Below the pieces are notes generated by a model, which saw only the letters and a program-made list of their open reading frames with translations, ran no database searches and was not told the origin of the DNA. From an uncultured delta proteobacterium (GTDB lineage: Bacteria; Desulfobacterota; Binatia; UBA9968), in the NCBI GenBank assembly GCA_963847445.1, contig CAWJZV010000007.1, positions 96,001-160,000 on the forward strand: a stretch of 64,000 nt of DNA. The letters are read 5' to 3'. This document shows, in pieces, positions 1 through 13,834 of this stretch. The translations under genes were made by a program, and so were the position numbers. Every line of letters begins with the position of its first letter. Within the stretch, counting starts at the first letter, position 1.

Positions 1-2142
<2,142 letters not shown>

Positions 2143-2145
2143 TGT

Positions 2146-2454
2146 TTACGCCTCTTCCAATGTGCACTTCAGTGGATATTCATGCTGGCGCGCCAGGTTT
2201 TCGACCAGCGTGACTTTGGTTTCCGCGATCTCATAAGTATAGACGCCGGCGACGCCGATGCCTTTTTTGTGAACGTGGAGCATGATCTGCAGCGCTTCAG
2301 CCTGCTCCTTGTGAAAGACATACTGCAAAACCTGCACGACGAACTCCTTAGTAGTGTAATCGTCGTTATGCAGCAATACTTTATAAAGCGGTGGCCGTTT
2401 GACCTTTTTCTTGGTCTCGGTGACTACCTCGGATTCCGGTTCTCTGCGGCTCAT
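2146..2454 (-). CDS. clpS: Clp protease adaptor ClpS
   Basis: PPLYKVLLHNDDYTTKEFVV...MLHVHKKGIGVAGVY...YPL signature. Confidence 0.95.
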   Translation of the reverse strand: MSRREPESEVVTETKKKVKRPPLYKVLLHNDDYTTKEFVVQVLQYVFHKEQAEALQIMLHVHKKGIGVAGVYTYEIAETKVTLVENLARQHEYPLKCTLEEA

Positions 2455-2636
2455 GGATTCCTTGGCCTCCCTGAAACATAAGAAATCTAACATGCTGCCA
2501 AGCCAGCCCGCAATGCTCGCCGGCTCCTTGGCAATAATTCTTGTGGCCGCCGATTACAACAGTGATATAGTCGTTTGGGCGTTTGTTGAAGTCTCCGGGT
2601 GCGCTAAAGCGTCGTCCATCATTCAGGAGGTGCTCC

Positions 2637-3499
2637 ATGCTGTCCAACAAAGTCAGCGAGATCATGACCACCGACTTGGTCAAGGCAAAGGTTTCCGCGA
2701 CGGTCGAGAGCGTCATGGCCACCATGGTCGCCGAGGACGTCGGGCGTATCATCATCACCGATGACGAGGTGCCGGTGGGGATCTTCACCGAGAAGGATGT
2801 GCTCAAACGCATCCTTGGCACGGCCATCGATGCCAAAAGCACCAGCATAAAGGATGTCATGACCGCGCCGGTGCGGGCTGTGCGCGAAGAAACCCACATC
2901 GTCGACGCCTTCGCTAGGATGTATCGCGGCAAATACCGCCATCTGCTGGTACGCGGCCGGCGCGGTAAGATCATCGGCATCGTTTCCATGCGCCGCATTC
3001 TCAATATCGCCGTGGAACTGGGTCAGGGAATCAGCGAATCGCGAACCGTGGGCGATATCCCGACCGCGCCGATCGTCACCGTCGACGAATCCTCAACGGT
3101 CCATACCACGGTGAATTTGATGAATCAGCAGGGCCTGACCGCGGTAATTGTTACCGCCGCGGGAACGCCCACGGGCATCTTTACCGAGCGCGACGTGCTG
3201 AGACGGGTCGCGACGATGAATATGGATCGCCAGCATACGCCGGTGAAGCAAGTCATGACCGCGCCGCTGATTGCCATGCCGCGCGCTACCTTAGTGGGCG
3301 ATGTGCTTGGCCGAAATGTATCGCCGCGACATTCGCAATATGCCGATCAGAGGACAAGCCAAACCAACTGCTTGGTCTGATCGCCATGCCGGAGATTCTC
3401 CAATACGCTCAAGCGTTTAACATCGATGAGCAGGTGCGCCGGAGTTGGCAGGAAGTCGCCCAGGCCCTCGACACCGACGATCAGTATACTCCCGGCTAG
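2637..3499 (+). CDS. CBS-domain protein (two CBS pairs), frameshift near 3310
   Basis: Repeated VGIFTE(K/R)D..., VK(D/Q)VMTAP motifs; AGGAGG RBS. Confidence 0.85.
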
Positions 3500-3577
3500 A
3501 GGACCCTAAATCGTTGTCTTTCAAAGCGCTTATGTTAGAATCGGAGAGCTGCCAGATAGTCCTAAGGAGGCTGTATT

Positions 3578-5399
3578 TTGGAGACACCGTTAATCAATGA
3601 CTTAAACATCTGCGTCGCCACCGAAAATGGTTCCGGTAGCGCGTCGTCGAACAACATTCTGTTCAAGGCGATTTTCAAGATGGGCATACCCTGTTCATCG
3701 AAAAATATGTTCCCGTCGAACATTCAGGGCCTGCCCACTTGGTACCAGATTCGCGCCAACGGCGACGGCTATATGAGCCGCAAGGATGTCATCGACGTGA
3801 TGGTGATGTTCAACGACACTACGGCAGCGAAAGACATCTATCGCGTGCGCGATGGCGGGGTGCTTTTGTACGATGACTCGACAGCGCTTTCGCCGACGTT
3901 GAAGCGCGACGGGGTTCAATACATCGGCTTTCCGGCGAACAAACTCGTGGCCAAGCTGGTCCCGGCTTCGCCGTTGCGCGCCAAACAGCGCAACATGGTT
4001 TATGTCGGCGCGTTGGCCTATCTGTTCGGCATCGACATGTCGGTCATCAAAGCGGTGCTCGAAGATACTTTCGGCAAGAAACCGGCGGTTATCGAATCGA
4101 ACCTGGTCTGCATCGACGCCGGCTATCAATACTGCAAAGAACAAGGCTACAAACAGAACATCGCTCGATCTCGAGCCGATCCCCGACGGCAACAAAGGCA
4201 AAATCATCACCGAAGGCAACACCGCAGCCGCTCTCGGCGCGGTTTACGGCGGCGCCTCGGTAATCTGCTGGTATCCGATCACGCCTTCGAGTTCGCTCGC
4301 CGAAGCCATGGAGTATTACCTGCCGCGCCTGCGCAAGCAGATCGATGGCAAAAAGACTTATGCCATCGTCCAGGCGGAAGACGAAATCGCCTCTGCCGGT
4401 ATGATCGTCGGCGCCGGTTGGGCTGGCGCTCGTTCCATGACCTCGACCTCGGGGCCGGGCGTGTCGCTGATGAACGAGTCCATCGGTCTCGCCTACTACG
4501 CTGAGATTCCCTGCGTATTTTTCATCATTCAGCGCGGCGGACCGTCTACGGGTTTACCAACGCGTACACAGCAGGCCGATATGTCGTTGATGTACGGCGC
4601 TTCCCATGGCGACACCCGCCATATTATTCTGATTCCCCATGACATGAATTCCTGTTTCGACCTCGCGCGCCAGAGTTTCAATTACGCCGACCGCTTCCAG
4701 ACACCGGTATTTGTCGCCATGGATCTCGACCTGGGCATGAACATGTGGTCGTCGGAACCACTCAAATTGAACCAGGAACCCTACGATCAAGGCAAACGGT
4801 TAAGCGCCCAGGATTTGGATGAGTGGACCAAAGCCGGCAAGAAATTCCGCCGCTATTTCGACCAAGACGGCGATGGCATTCCTTATCGCACCGTGCCCGG
4901 TAACGAGAATCGCCTGGCCTCCTACTTCACCCGCGGTTCGGGCCACGACGCCGACGCCAAGTATTCCGAGGACGAGCATGACTATAAGTACATTCTCGAC
5001 CGTCTGCGCAAGAAGTTCGACACCTCCCGCAAGTTTGTTCCCAAGCCGATCATTGAAAAAGAGCGCGGCGTTAAGACCGGCATCATTTGTTACGGCTCGA
5101 GCTACGAGCCCGTGCGCGAAGCCCGCGATCGATTGAAGGCACGCGGCTTGAAAACCAATCACATGCTGATCCGCGCGCTGCCGCTGACTAGCGAAGTAAT
5201 GGATTTCTTGGCCGAGCACGACACGATCTATCTGGTCGAGCAAAACCGCGATGCCCAGATGGCCGCGATCATAAAAGACGAGAACCCGCTGCTCGGTGCC
5301 AAGATTACCAGCATTCTCGTCTACAACGGTCTCCCCGTCAGTGCCGGCGAAGTCGTCAAGCAGATCTTCGACGCCGCCCAAACAGCGAAAACCGCCTAA
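3578..5399 (+). CDS. 2-oxoacid:ferredoxin oxidoreductase alpha (gamma-alpha fused) subunit, frameshift near 4170
   Basis: NGSGSASSN, FPSNIQGLPTW, WYPITPSSS, QAEDEIAS, TSGPG, QRGGPSTGLPT motifs across two frames. Confidence 0.92.
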
Positions 5400-5418
5400 C
5401 GACAATAAGGATACGACA

Positions 5419-6448
5419 ATGGCAGAAGCAAAAGTGAATCGCCTGAATCTTACGGAAAAAGACTACGACGGCGCGGCGTCGACCATGTGCAAAGGTTGCG
5501 GCCATGACGCAATCTCCGCGTCGGTCCAGCGCGCCTATTACGAAAGCAGCATCGACCCGCGCAAGGTGGTCAAACTCAGCGGTATCGGCTGCTCATCGAA
5601 AACTCCGGCCTATTTTTTGAGCCAATCCTTTGGCTTCAACGCCGTGCATGGCCGCATGTCCGCGGTTGCCACCGGCGCTAATTTGGCGAACCATACGCTG
5701 CTGCCGATCGGCGTCTCCGGCGACGGCGACACCTCAGCCATCGGCCTCGGCAACTTCTGCCACATGATGCGGCGCAATGTGAACATCACCTACATCATCG
5801 AAAACAACGGCGTCTATGGCCTGACCAAAGGGCAGTTCTCCGCGACAGCCGATGTCGGTTCAGTCATGAAAGGCGGCAAAGTCAACGACATTCCCGCCAT
5901 CGATTTAGCCGAGTTGGCGATCACCCTCGGCGCCACCTACGTCGCGCGCAGCTTTTCCGGCGACCGCAAGCAGCTCACGCCGCTCGTGCAGGGCGCCCTC
6001 GCGCACAAAGGTAGCGCGATCCTCGACGTCATCAGTCCCTGCGTGACGTTTAACAACCACGAGGGATCGACGAAGAGTCTGAAATACGTCAAAGGCCACC
6101 TCGATCCGATTCACGATTTAGACTTTGTGCCGCCCTATGAAAATATCGAGGCTGATTACGACGAAGGCACGGATCATGAAGTTGCGATGCACGACGGCTC
6201 GCGCATTATTCTCCATAAACTCAGCAAGCATTATGATCCGACCAGCAAAGCCAATGCGATTCAAGCCATCCATGGCGCCATCGCCGAAGGCAAGTTTCTC
6301 ACCGGTTTGATCTACTACAACCCCAACCGCAAGGAATTTGCCGAAGAACTTAATCTTTGCGACACACCGCTGTCGGAATTGGGACAGGACTATCTTGCAG
6401 CCGCCAGTCGAAGCGTTGGAACGAATCAACGCCGACATGATGAAGTAG
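5419..6448 (+). CDS. 2-oxoacid:ferredoxin oxidoreductase beta subunit (probable frameshift near the end)
   Basis: CKGCGH, SGIGCSSK, GDGD TPP-binding motif, NNGVYGLTKGQFS. Confidence 0.92.
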
Positions 6449-6470
6449 ACTGAGAAAAATACTCTCAACT

Positions 6471-6507
6471 AAAAAAAGCCCGGTAGATGTCCTACCGGGC
6501 TTTTTTA
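6471..6507. terminator. Bidirectional intrinsic terminator
   Basis: AAAAAAAGCCCGGTAG-atgtc-CTACCGGGCTTTTTT between convergent genes. Confidence 0.9.
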
Positions 6508-6537
6508 TTGTGCATTAAATAATCCGAATCGGAAGTA

Positions 6538-7188
6538 TTAGAGCCCAGGCGCTTGTTTGGCCGGCAGATCGCGCCAAGTTTCGATGATCTCATTTGACGA
6601 CGCGACCAGGCCGAAGTGACGGCGCATGTTATCCAGCGTGCTGAGATGTAACTTCGCTTCGTAGGCGGCGGAACAGTCGTCGATCATGGTCACGTAATAA
6701 TCGTACATGTAGGCGTCCCGCGCGGTGGTTTCGACGCACACATTGGTAGCCACGCCGCAAACCAGAACGCTTTGAATATTGCGCGCCTTGAGCACCGTGT
6801 TGAGATCGGTGTTGATGAACGCGCTATAGCGGTGCTTGATCACCACCCGCTCCGATGGCAAAGGCGAAATACCGTCATAGAGCTCCGCGCCCCAACTCCC
6901 TTCCCGGCAAGTGCTCAGCCCGCTCTTTTGCGACGTCCGATAGATCCACGACGGCGTGTCGGTCCATTCGCTATGGGTGGTGCGAATGTAAACGATGGTC
7001 AGCCCGATCCGCCGCGCCTCGTCAATCAAATGTAACAGATTCGGCACCATCGCTAGCGCCGCGCTGCAATCCTCACCGCGCTTGCCTGCGCTGCCGTCGG
7101 GGCTAACGAAATCGTTCTGCACGTCGACGACGATCAACGCGGCAGTCTTCGGGTCGCAACGTTCTTTCAAAGTTCGTAACACATCCAT
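6538..7188 (-). CDS. Isochorismatase-family cysteine hydrolase
   Basis: ALIVVDVQNDF, KHRYSAF, GVATNVCVETTARDA. Confidence 0.9.
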   Translation of the reverse strand: MDVLRTLKERCDPKTAALIVVDVQNDFVSPDGSAGKRGEDCSAALAMVPNLLHLIDEARRIGLTIVYIRTTHSEWTDTPSWIYRTSQKSGLSTCREGSWGAELYDGISPLPSERVVIKHRYSAFINTDLNTVLKARNIQSVLVCGVATNVCVETTARDAYMYDYYVTMIDDCSAAYEAKLHLSTLDNMRRHFGLVASSNEIIETWRDLPAKQAPGL

Positions 7189-7209
7189 AACTTCTCTCCC
7201 GTTAACGCC

Positions 7210-7270
7210 GAGGATGGAGGATCGAAGATCGAGGATAGCGATTCCTGCCATCCTCAATCTTCGATCCTCA
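7210..7270. repeat. Heptamer-based palindromic intergenic repeat
   Basis: GAGGATG GAGGATC GAAGATC GAGGATA followed by inverted CATCCTC AATCTTC GATCCTC. Confidence 0.7.
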
Positions 7271-7277
7271 GTTTCCT

Positions 7278-8274
7278 TCAATGATCATGCTTCTTCGCCA
7301 AGCCGCCATGGCCCATCGCCATGATATCGGCACGCGTGATTTTCTCACCGGCGATCAAGCGCGGCAGCAAAGCGTCGAAGGCGGTGAACGGATCGTGCAG
7401 CACGCAACCGGACAATCCCATCACTGGCGTCTCGCCAAGATAAGCCATCAAGAACATCGAGCCGGGCAAAATCGGAAATCCATGGGTCTCCACGATCGCG
7501 CCGCTGCGCCGAATTCCTTCGGGCGTTTTATCGTCGGGGTCCACGGACATGCCACCACTGACGAGAATCACGTCTGCGCCCGCCTGCTTGGCGTCGTTAA
7601 TATAAGCCGGCAATCACATCCGGATCGTCCGGCGCCAGCTTCACCGACTCGACAGTCGAACCCAGCTCGCCGACCTTTTTGGTCACCACTGGGACCGAAA
7701 CCGTCTTTGATTCTGTCCGGTGAATGACTTCGCTGCCGGTCACCACCAGATGAACTTTGCTTCGCCGGCATCGGCAGAATCGCCACGATCGGCTTGGTCC
7801 TTGCACAGCGCTTCGGCTTTTTGCACCAGATCCTCTTTGACCAGCCACGGGAATCGTCCGCGTGCCAGCGACTACCGTGCCTTCTTTGACGTAGCGATCG
7901 CCTGGCAACGTCGCGAGCATGAGATCGCCGAGAGAATTGAAACGATAGAGCAGATCGACATCGACCTTGAGCAAACCGGAAATGGTCGCGACCAGATTGA
8001 TTCGACCTTCGCTCGGATCGGTTAATTTTAAATTCGCCCCAGCCGCGGCTTTAGCCAAGCGGCGCGCCGCATCTTCTTCGTGCAGTTCGTCCGGCTCCAG
8101 GTTCATGACATAAATATTCGCCTTGCCGACGTCCAAGAGTTTCGACACATCTTCCGGACGAATGATATGGCCGCGCCGAAACGCCGGCCCTTTATGTTTG
8201 CCGGGAATGATTTCGGTGATGTCGTGCGCCAGCGGCAAACCGACCGCTTCTTCGACGGGAATGACTTTGAGCAT
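7278..8274 (-). CDS. Molybdopterin-binding protein (MoeA/MogA-like), frameshifted
   Basis: AHDITEIIPGKHKGPAFRRGH, LHEEDAA, SGGMSVDPDDKTP, PILPGSMF motifs across frames. Confidence 0.8.
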
Positions 8275-8370
8275 GTGAATGACTCCTCGCTAATATCTCT
8301 AGTAAATCCGCGGTGATTTTTCCACCGGGGACTGGTCCTGTCCGGACAGCCTGTGCTATTAGCCGGGGGC

Positions 8371-9534
8371 ATGACGCTTGCTGAACTGGTCCGGTACTTT
8401 CTCTACCTCGGCACCTTTGGCTTCGGTGGCCCAGTGGCCTTGGTCGGTTTCATGCACCGCGATCTAGTCGAGAAACGAGGATCCATCACCGAAGATACTT
8501 ATAAGCTGTCCTTGGCGCTCGCCCAGATCATGCCCGGACCTTTGGCCGCGCAAGTCGCCATAGCCATCGGTTATTTCGAGGCCGGCATCGCCGGTGCGAC
8601 CTTGGCTGGAATCGCCTTCGTTTTGCCTTCGTTTCTAATGGTCGTTGGCATCTCGCTGGTTTACGTCGCCTACGGCGGGCTCTGGTGGATGCAGGCGCTG
8701 TTCTATGCGATCGGCGCAACCGTCATTGCGATCATCGCCATCGCGGCTTACAAGCTCGCCCGCAGCACCAACAAGCGCGATCCCTTGCTCTGGGGAATCT
8801 TTGCCGTACTTACCGCGGTCACTCTATGGGCCCAGGCGGAACTGGCGGAGTTTTTTATACTCGCCGGGCTCGTCGTTCTCGTTGTCAAGGCTTGGCCAGG
8901 AGCGAAGCAAGGATCCCTCATGGTTTTCGGCGGAGTCGTGCTCGGCTTGCTCATTTGGCTGCTCGAAGCATGGCTGCGCCAAACCGGTTCGGCAGCCGAT
9001 TCCGGCAACATGCTCGTGCAAATTCTTTTGTTCTTCACCAAAGCCGGTGCTTTTGTCTTTGGCAGTGGTCTGGCGATCATTCCGTTCTTGCAGCAAGGCG
9101 TCGTTCAGCAATTCCACTGGTTGACCGATCATCAGTTCCTCGACGCCGTCGCCGTGGCGATGATCACGCCCGGACCTGTCGTCATTACCGTCGCCTTCAT
9201 CGGCTTTATCGTTGCCGGCTTCGCTGGAGCGGTGATGGCCGCCATCGGCATCTTTCTGCCGGTTTACATCTTCACCATCGTTCCTGCCCCCTGGTTTAAA
9301 CGCCATCGCGACAACCCGCAACTCAAGGCCTTTGTCGACGGCGCCACCGCCGCGGCCACCGGCGCCATCACTGGCGCGGTCTTGGTGCTCGGCACCCGGG
9401 CGATTAAAGACGTACCCACAGCGCTGATCGCCATCGTCAGCTTGGCGATCCTTTGGCGCTACAAAATCCCCGAGCCGGTCATTGTTTCAGTCGCCGGTCT
9501 GGTCGGTTTGATTCTTTACCCGATTCTTCATTGA
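8371..9534 (+). CDS. chrA: Chromate efflux transporter (CHR family)
   Basis: GTFGFGGPVA, QIMPGPLA, FVFGSG, AMITPGP two-domain CHR pattern. Confidence 0.9.
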   Translation: MTLAELVRYFLYLGTFGFGGPVALVGFMHRDLVEKRGSITEDTYKLSLALAQIMPGPLAAQVAIAIGYFEAGIAGATLAGIAFVLPSFLMVVGISLVYVAYGGLWWMQALFYAIGATVIAIIAIAAYKLARSTNKRDPLLWGIFAVLTAVTLWAQAELAEFFILAGLVVLVVKAWPGAKQGSLMVFGGVVLGLLIWLLEAWLRQTGSAADSGNMLVQILLFFTKAGAFVFGSGLAIIPFLQQGVVQQFHWLTDHQFLDAVAVAMITPGPVVITVAFIGFIVAGFAGAVMAAIGIFLPVYIFTIVPAPWFKRHRDNPQLKAFVDGATAAATGAITGAVLVLGTRAIKDVPTALIAIVSLAILWRYKIPEPVIVSVAGLVGLILYPILH

Positions 9535-9543
9535 GAGGGTCGC

Positions 9544-9985
9544 ATGAAGTGGGTCACGCGCAAACAGATTCGCGTCAACCGGGTCGCCACCGCCTGGCTG
9601 ATCCGCCGGTTTCATCGACCGCCAGGCCGAATTTATCTTCGTTGAGCCGGCGGACGTTGCCGAAGTACAAAAACGTGAAAAGGCCCAAGGCTTCGATGCC
9701 CCCGGCGCGACCTATCCGCATAAAGACAGTCAGGGCCGCTGCTCCTTCGAAGCCCTGGTTAGCGAATACTGTTCGAGCGATGCCGTGCTCAAGGAAATGG
9801 CGCGCATGGTGCGCGGCGCCGACTTTGCCGATGAATCTCACTTGACCGAAGAATCGGTGGGAATTCGCACGATCTCCCAAGGCTTTCCGCTGGTCACCAA
9901 CGACGATCACGAGACCGTCGAAAAAGCATCTTTTCTCTACGACGCCCTCTACGCGTCGATCCAAGCACAGCCACCGAGCAACTAG
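9544..9985 (+). CDS. chrB: Chromate resistance protein ChrB domain, frameshift near 9610
   Basis: MKWVTRKQIRVNRVATAWLIRRF..., GFDAPGA, CSFEAL, LYDALY. Confidence 0.85.
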
Positions 9986-10019
9986 AAGATTGCTAGACAC
10001 AGAATCGCCGGGGCGGCGA

Positions 10020-11402
10020 TCACGGTGTCTGATTACCGATCCCGCTCGGTGTTTTTGGCTGGGATTGCGACGCGCTTTCCGGCGCAGCATTTACGGAGTC
10101 GACAGCGTCCTTGGACAGCACCAGCACTTTGTCGATGCGCTTGCCGTCCATGTCGACGATCTCGAAGCGTAATCCCCGCCATTCGAAGGACTCTGCTACC
10201 GCTGGGACGCGGCCCATCTGGGTGAAAATAAAACCGCCCAAGGTCTGGAACGCATCGCGCTTTTCCCCCGGCAGGGTCTCGACATGAAAGATTTCCTTGA
10301 AGTCATCGACGCTCAACATGCCGTCGAGCAACCAAGAGCCATCATGGCGCCGCACCGCTTTTGGATCGGCGGCCTTTTCGCCGATGGGAATATCGCCGGC
10401 AATCGCTTCGAGGATGTCGTGGTGGGTTAGCAGCCCCTCGATACCGCCGTATTCATCGACGACGAGCGCGATATGTTTGTTGCTTTTTTTGAACGAGTCC
10501 AACAATTCTAAAGCGGAAATGGTTCGCGGCACGAACAGCGGCTGCTGCATCAGAGCATTGAGATCGATCGGCTTGCCAGTCAGAGTATGCGCCAGTAAAT
10601 CCTTCGCCTGGACCACGCCGGTAACATTATCGAGACTGCCAGCGGCCACCGGGAAACGGGAGTGACCGCTCTCGGCGATCTTCGCGCACACCTGTTCCAG
10701 GGTATTTTCCAGGTCGAGCCATGCGATCTGCGTGCGCGGCGTCATCAGCGAGCGCGCGGTTTTAGCGCCGAGACGGAGCACCGCATCGACCATGTCCTCC
10801 GCGGTTTCTTCAAAGATGCCGGCTTCGGCTCCCTGCTGCACCAACGTCGTGATTTCCTCCTGAGTCACCGGCGCCTGCTGTGCCGGCGCTCGGCCAAACA
10901 GTCGGCAGACGAGTTCCGTCGACGCGCTGAGTAAATGCACCATCGGTGCTGACAGCCAGGCAAAGCCGCGTAGCGGCATGGCGACCCACGTGGCGATGCT
11001 TTCGGGATGGCGCATGGCCAACCGTTTGGGCACCAATTCGCCAATCACGAGAGAAAAGAAGGTGATGATCAGTACGACTAGGCCCAGAGCCATTTCTTGG
11101 TGGTAATGCTCAAGACCGGGCAACGCCTTGAGATACTCCGCCAACCACGCCGCCGCGCCGCGGCCGGCGAAGGCGCCGGTCAGGATACCGATGAGTGTGA
11201 TGCCGATCTGCACCGACGAGAGCAATCGATTGGGCGTTTGCGCCAGCTCCAGCGCGACTTTAGCGCGGGCGTTGCCTTTGTTGACCCAATCCTGCAGCCG
11301 CGACTTCCGAGCGGTGATGACGGCCATTTCAGACATCGCAAACACGCCGTTCGCCAGGATCAATACAGAGATAGTCAATATCTCCCCACCAATATCTGCC
11401 AT
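10020..11402 (-). CDS. Hemolysin-family CNNM/CBS/CorC-HlyC protein
   Basis: NGVFAMSEMA, GELVPK, MTPR, HSRFPV, VVDEYGG, DMDGKRIDKV. Confidence 0.9.
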   Translation of the reverse strand: MADIGGEILTISVLILANGVFAMSEMAVITARKSRLQDWVNKGNARAKVALELAQTPNRLLSSVQIGITLIGILTGAFAGRGAAAWLAEYLKALPGLEHYHQEMALGLVVLIITFFSLVIGELVPKRLAMRHPESIATWVAMPLRGFAWLSAPMVHLLSASTELVCRLFGRAPAQQAPVTQEEITTLVQQGAEAGIFEETAEDMVDAVLRLGAKTARSLMTPRTQIAWLDLENTLEQVCAKIAESGHSRFPVAAGSLDNVTGVVQAKDLLAHTLTGKPIDLNALMQQPLFVPRTISALELLDSFKKSNKHIALVVDEYGGIEGLLTHHDILEAIAGDIPIGEKAADPKAVRRHDGSWLLDGMLSVDDFKEIFHVETLPGEKRDAFQTLGGFIFTQMGRVPAVAESFEWRGLRFEIVDMDGKRIDKVLVLSKDAVDSVNAAPESASQSQPKTPSGIGNQTP

Positions 11403-11532
11403 TGCCTTTACTCCTCTGCCCAACCATAGCAGGAAGAGCGCCAATTCGCAGCAGCGCCGGAGCAGTTACCCAACCCCTCGGATCGCGCCACCATCATCCC
11501 GATCAATGCCTAATTGAGTTAAAAATCGGTGC

Positions 11533-11572
11533 TTGACGGAAACCTAGGATAGCGATATATCGCATTTCGATA
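11533..11572 (+). promoter_or_regulatory. Putative sigma-70 promoter with overlapping palindromic operator for PadR
   Basis: TTGACG-17 bp-TATATC; inverted repeat TATCG-n5-CGATA just upstream of the PadR ATG. Confidence 0.55.
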
Positions 11573-11577
11573 ACGAA

Positions 11578-11916
11578 ATGCAGAAGTCAAAAAAGCAGGA
11601 GAATCAGGATCGACGGGATCAGGATCTTTACGGCGGTTTGATCCGCCTGCACATCCTGCACCACGCCTCAAAGGAACCGGTATTCGGCTTATGGTTCATC
11701 GAGGAACTTGGAAGGCATGGATACAAGCTCAGTCCGGGCACTCTTTATCCACTGCTGCACGGCCTCGAGCGGAAGGGGTATCTGCGATCGTCCAATGAGC
11801 GCTCGGGCAAAAGCTCGCGGCGAATGTATCAAGCGACTCTTCTTGGGCGAAAAGCCTTGGCCGTCGCGCGGCAGAAAGTTAGCGAGCTGTTCGGGGAATT
11901 GCTGGAAGACGAATGA
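11578..11916 (+). CDS. PadR-family transcriptional regulator
   Basis: LHILHHA...ELGRHGYKLSPGTLYPLLHGLE...RRMYQATLLG. Confidence 0.9.
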   Translation: MQKSKKQENQDRRDQDLYGGLIRLHILHHASKEPVFGLWFIEELGRHGYKLSPGTLYPLLHGLERKGYLRSSNERSGKSSRRMYQATLLGRKALAVARQKVSELFGELLEDE

Positions 11917-11973
11917 TCCGCCGATCGTAATTTCTTTAAACGGCGCTTTGGTCCGACTATCCGGGAGATCAAT

Positions 11974-12543
11974 ATGAAGGCAAGAGCCTTTCTATCAGGG
12001 GTCTTAATTCTTTTCGGGATTTTGATCGCAGTGTTGTTTTTTCGAGTTCTTACCCTGGAATCGCGGCTCCGCGAATCCGGCATTGCTAACGGGGGCGGCG
12101 TCGCGGCTGGTCAAGCGTCTTTGAAGCGCGTGGAAACGGAGCTTGCCACGGTCAAGGACCTGGCGCCGGGGCTCGGCGAATATATGACGACGATCCAGTT
12201 GCACGCGGGAAAACTTTGGTTTGCCGCTAAAGCTGCGAATTGGGACCTCGCCGTCTACGAGCTCCATGAGCTGGAGGAGACCATGGAAGCGGTCAAGAAG
12301 TTAAACGCAGAAAAAAACGGCGTGAAAATTTCCGGCGTGATGGATGCCGTTCTGCGAACCCAGATTGCTCAACTGGAGCAAGCGATAAAGCGGAAGAATC
12401 CTGGCGAATTTCAGAAAGCCTATGACGAGACGTTGAGCGCGTGCAACGGCTGCCACACCGAGTCGGGGCACAAGTTTATTCAGATTATTCGACCTACGGT
12501 GCCGCCGGTGACCAATCAAAAGTGGCAGATGTCGGACCAATGA
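11974..12543 (+). CDS. Membrane-anchored c-type cytochrome-like protein
   Basis: N-terminal TM segment, helical body, C-terminal CNGCH heme motif. Confidence 0.75.
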   Translation: MKARAFLSGVLILFGILIAVLFFRVLTLESRLRESGIANGGGVAAGQASLKRVETELATVKDLAPGLGEYMTTIQLHAGKLWFAAKAANWDLAVYELHELEETMEAVKKLNAEKNGVKISGVMDAVLRTQIAQLEQAIKRKNPGEFQKAYDETLSACNGCHTESGHKFIQIIRPTVPPVTNQKWQMSDQ

Positions 12544-12588
12544 CTGTCGCGATGAGACAATCGCAAGTGGAAATGGCCGCGGCAAATT

Positions 12589-13821
12589 ATGAGTGAACCC
12601 GGACAAATTGCCGCCGAAGACGCGCTGGCCGACCAATACCCGGGATCATTTCTCGAGGTTCTCTGGGTTTCGACACGCCTGGGCCTAACCTCCTTTGGCG
12701 GTCCCATCGCTCACCTCGGCTATTTTCATGAGGAGTACGTAAAGCGAAGAAAATGGATCGATGAGCAAAGCTACGCCGACCTCGTAGCTCTTTGCCAGTT
12801 TCTGCCCGGGCCAGCTAGCAGTCAGGTGAGTATCGCCATCGGTATTGCCCGCGCGCGTCTGCTCGGTGGCATCGCCGCGTGGCTGGGCTTTACCATGCCA
12901 TCGGCACTGGCGCTGATCGCCTTCGCCTTTGGGATCGGCGCGTTTGCCAGCGCGGCCGACGCCGGCTGGTTGCACGGCCTCAAAGTCGTCGCCGTAGCAG
13001 TCGTTGCCCAAGCCGTGTGGGGCATGGCCCGCTCGCTCTGTCCGGATCGTGAACGCGCAACCATTGCTGTTCTCGCTTCAATAGTCACGCTCGCATGGCC
13101 CACCGCAGTTGGGCAGCTTTCATCGATTGCCATCGCCGGTATTGTTGGCTTGATCATCTTTCCAGGACGGCTTCTTCTTCACTCTCCCATATACGCTTTC
13201 CCATCGGGAAAAAAACCGGAATCGCCGCTTGGGAGCATCTTTTTCGCGCTTCTCATTGGGTTACCGCTGCTCCGGCAGATGCAGCCCAGCCATACGTTAG
13301 AGGTTTTCGATAGTTTTTTCCGTGTCGGCTCGTTGGTTTTCGGTGGCGGTCATGTGGTTCTGCCGCTGCTTCAAACCGAAGTGGTTGGACCGGGTTGGAT
13401 TACCAACGAGCAATTCGTCGCTGGCTATGGCGCTACTCAGGCCGTGCCGGGACCGTTATTTACATTCTCCGCTTACCTCGGCGCCGTGATGGGTCCTGAA
13501 CCCAATGGTTGGACCGGAGCCTTCCTCGCCCTCGTGGCGATTTTTCTTCCATCCTTTTTATTGGTCGTCGGCGCGCTTCCTTTTTGGGATTCTCTTCGCT
13601 CGGCACCGGTCTTCCAGTCTGCTCTGAAAGGGATCAACGCGGCTGTCGTCGGATTGCTGCTGACAGCACTGTACAAACCTGTCTGGACAAGCGCGATCTA
13701 CTCCCCCGCGGACTTCGGCCTTGGACTCGTTGCTTTCGGACTCTTGATGTTTTGGAAATGTCCCCCCTGGCTGGTGGTTGTCCTGACCGCTGTTGGAGGG
13801 GAAGTCATCGCGCGCATATAA
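12589..13821 (+). CDS. chrA: Chromate efflux transporter (CHR family), second paralog
   Basis: GLTSFGGPIAHLG, CQFLPGPASSQ, VFGGGHVVLPLL, QAVPGP. Confidence 0.92.
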   Translation: MSEPGQIAAEDALADQYPGSFLEVLWVSTRLGLTSFGGPIAHLGYFHEEYVKRRKWIDEQSYADLVALCQFLPGPASSQVSIAIGIARARLLGGIAAWLGFTMPSALALIAFAFGIGAFASAADAGWLHGLKVVAVAVVAQAVWGMARSLCPDRERATIAVLASIVTLAWPTAVGQLSSIAIAGIVGLIIFPGRLLLHSPIYAFPSGKKPESPLGSIFFALLIGLPLLRQMQPSHTLEVFDSFFRVGSLVFGGGHVVLPLLQTEVVGPGWITNEQFVAGYGATQAVPGPLFTFSAYLGAVMGPEPNGWTGAFLALVAIFLPSFLLVVGALPFWDSLRSAPVFQSALKGINAAVVGLLLTALYKPVWTSAIYSPADFGLGLVAFGLLMFWKCPPWLVVVLTAVGGEVIARI

Positions 13822-13834
13822 GAGGAGGAACGTT

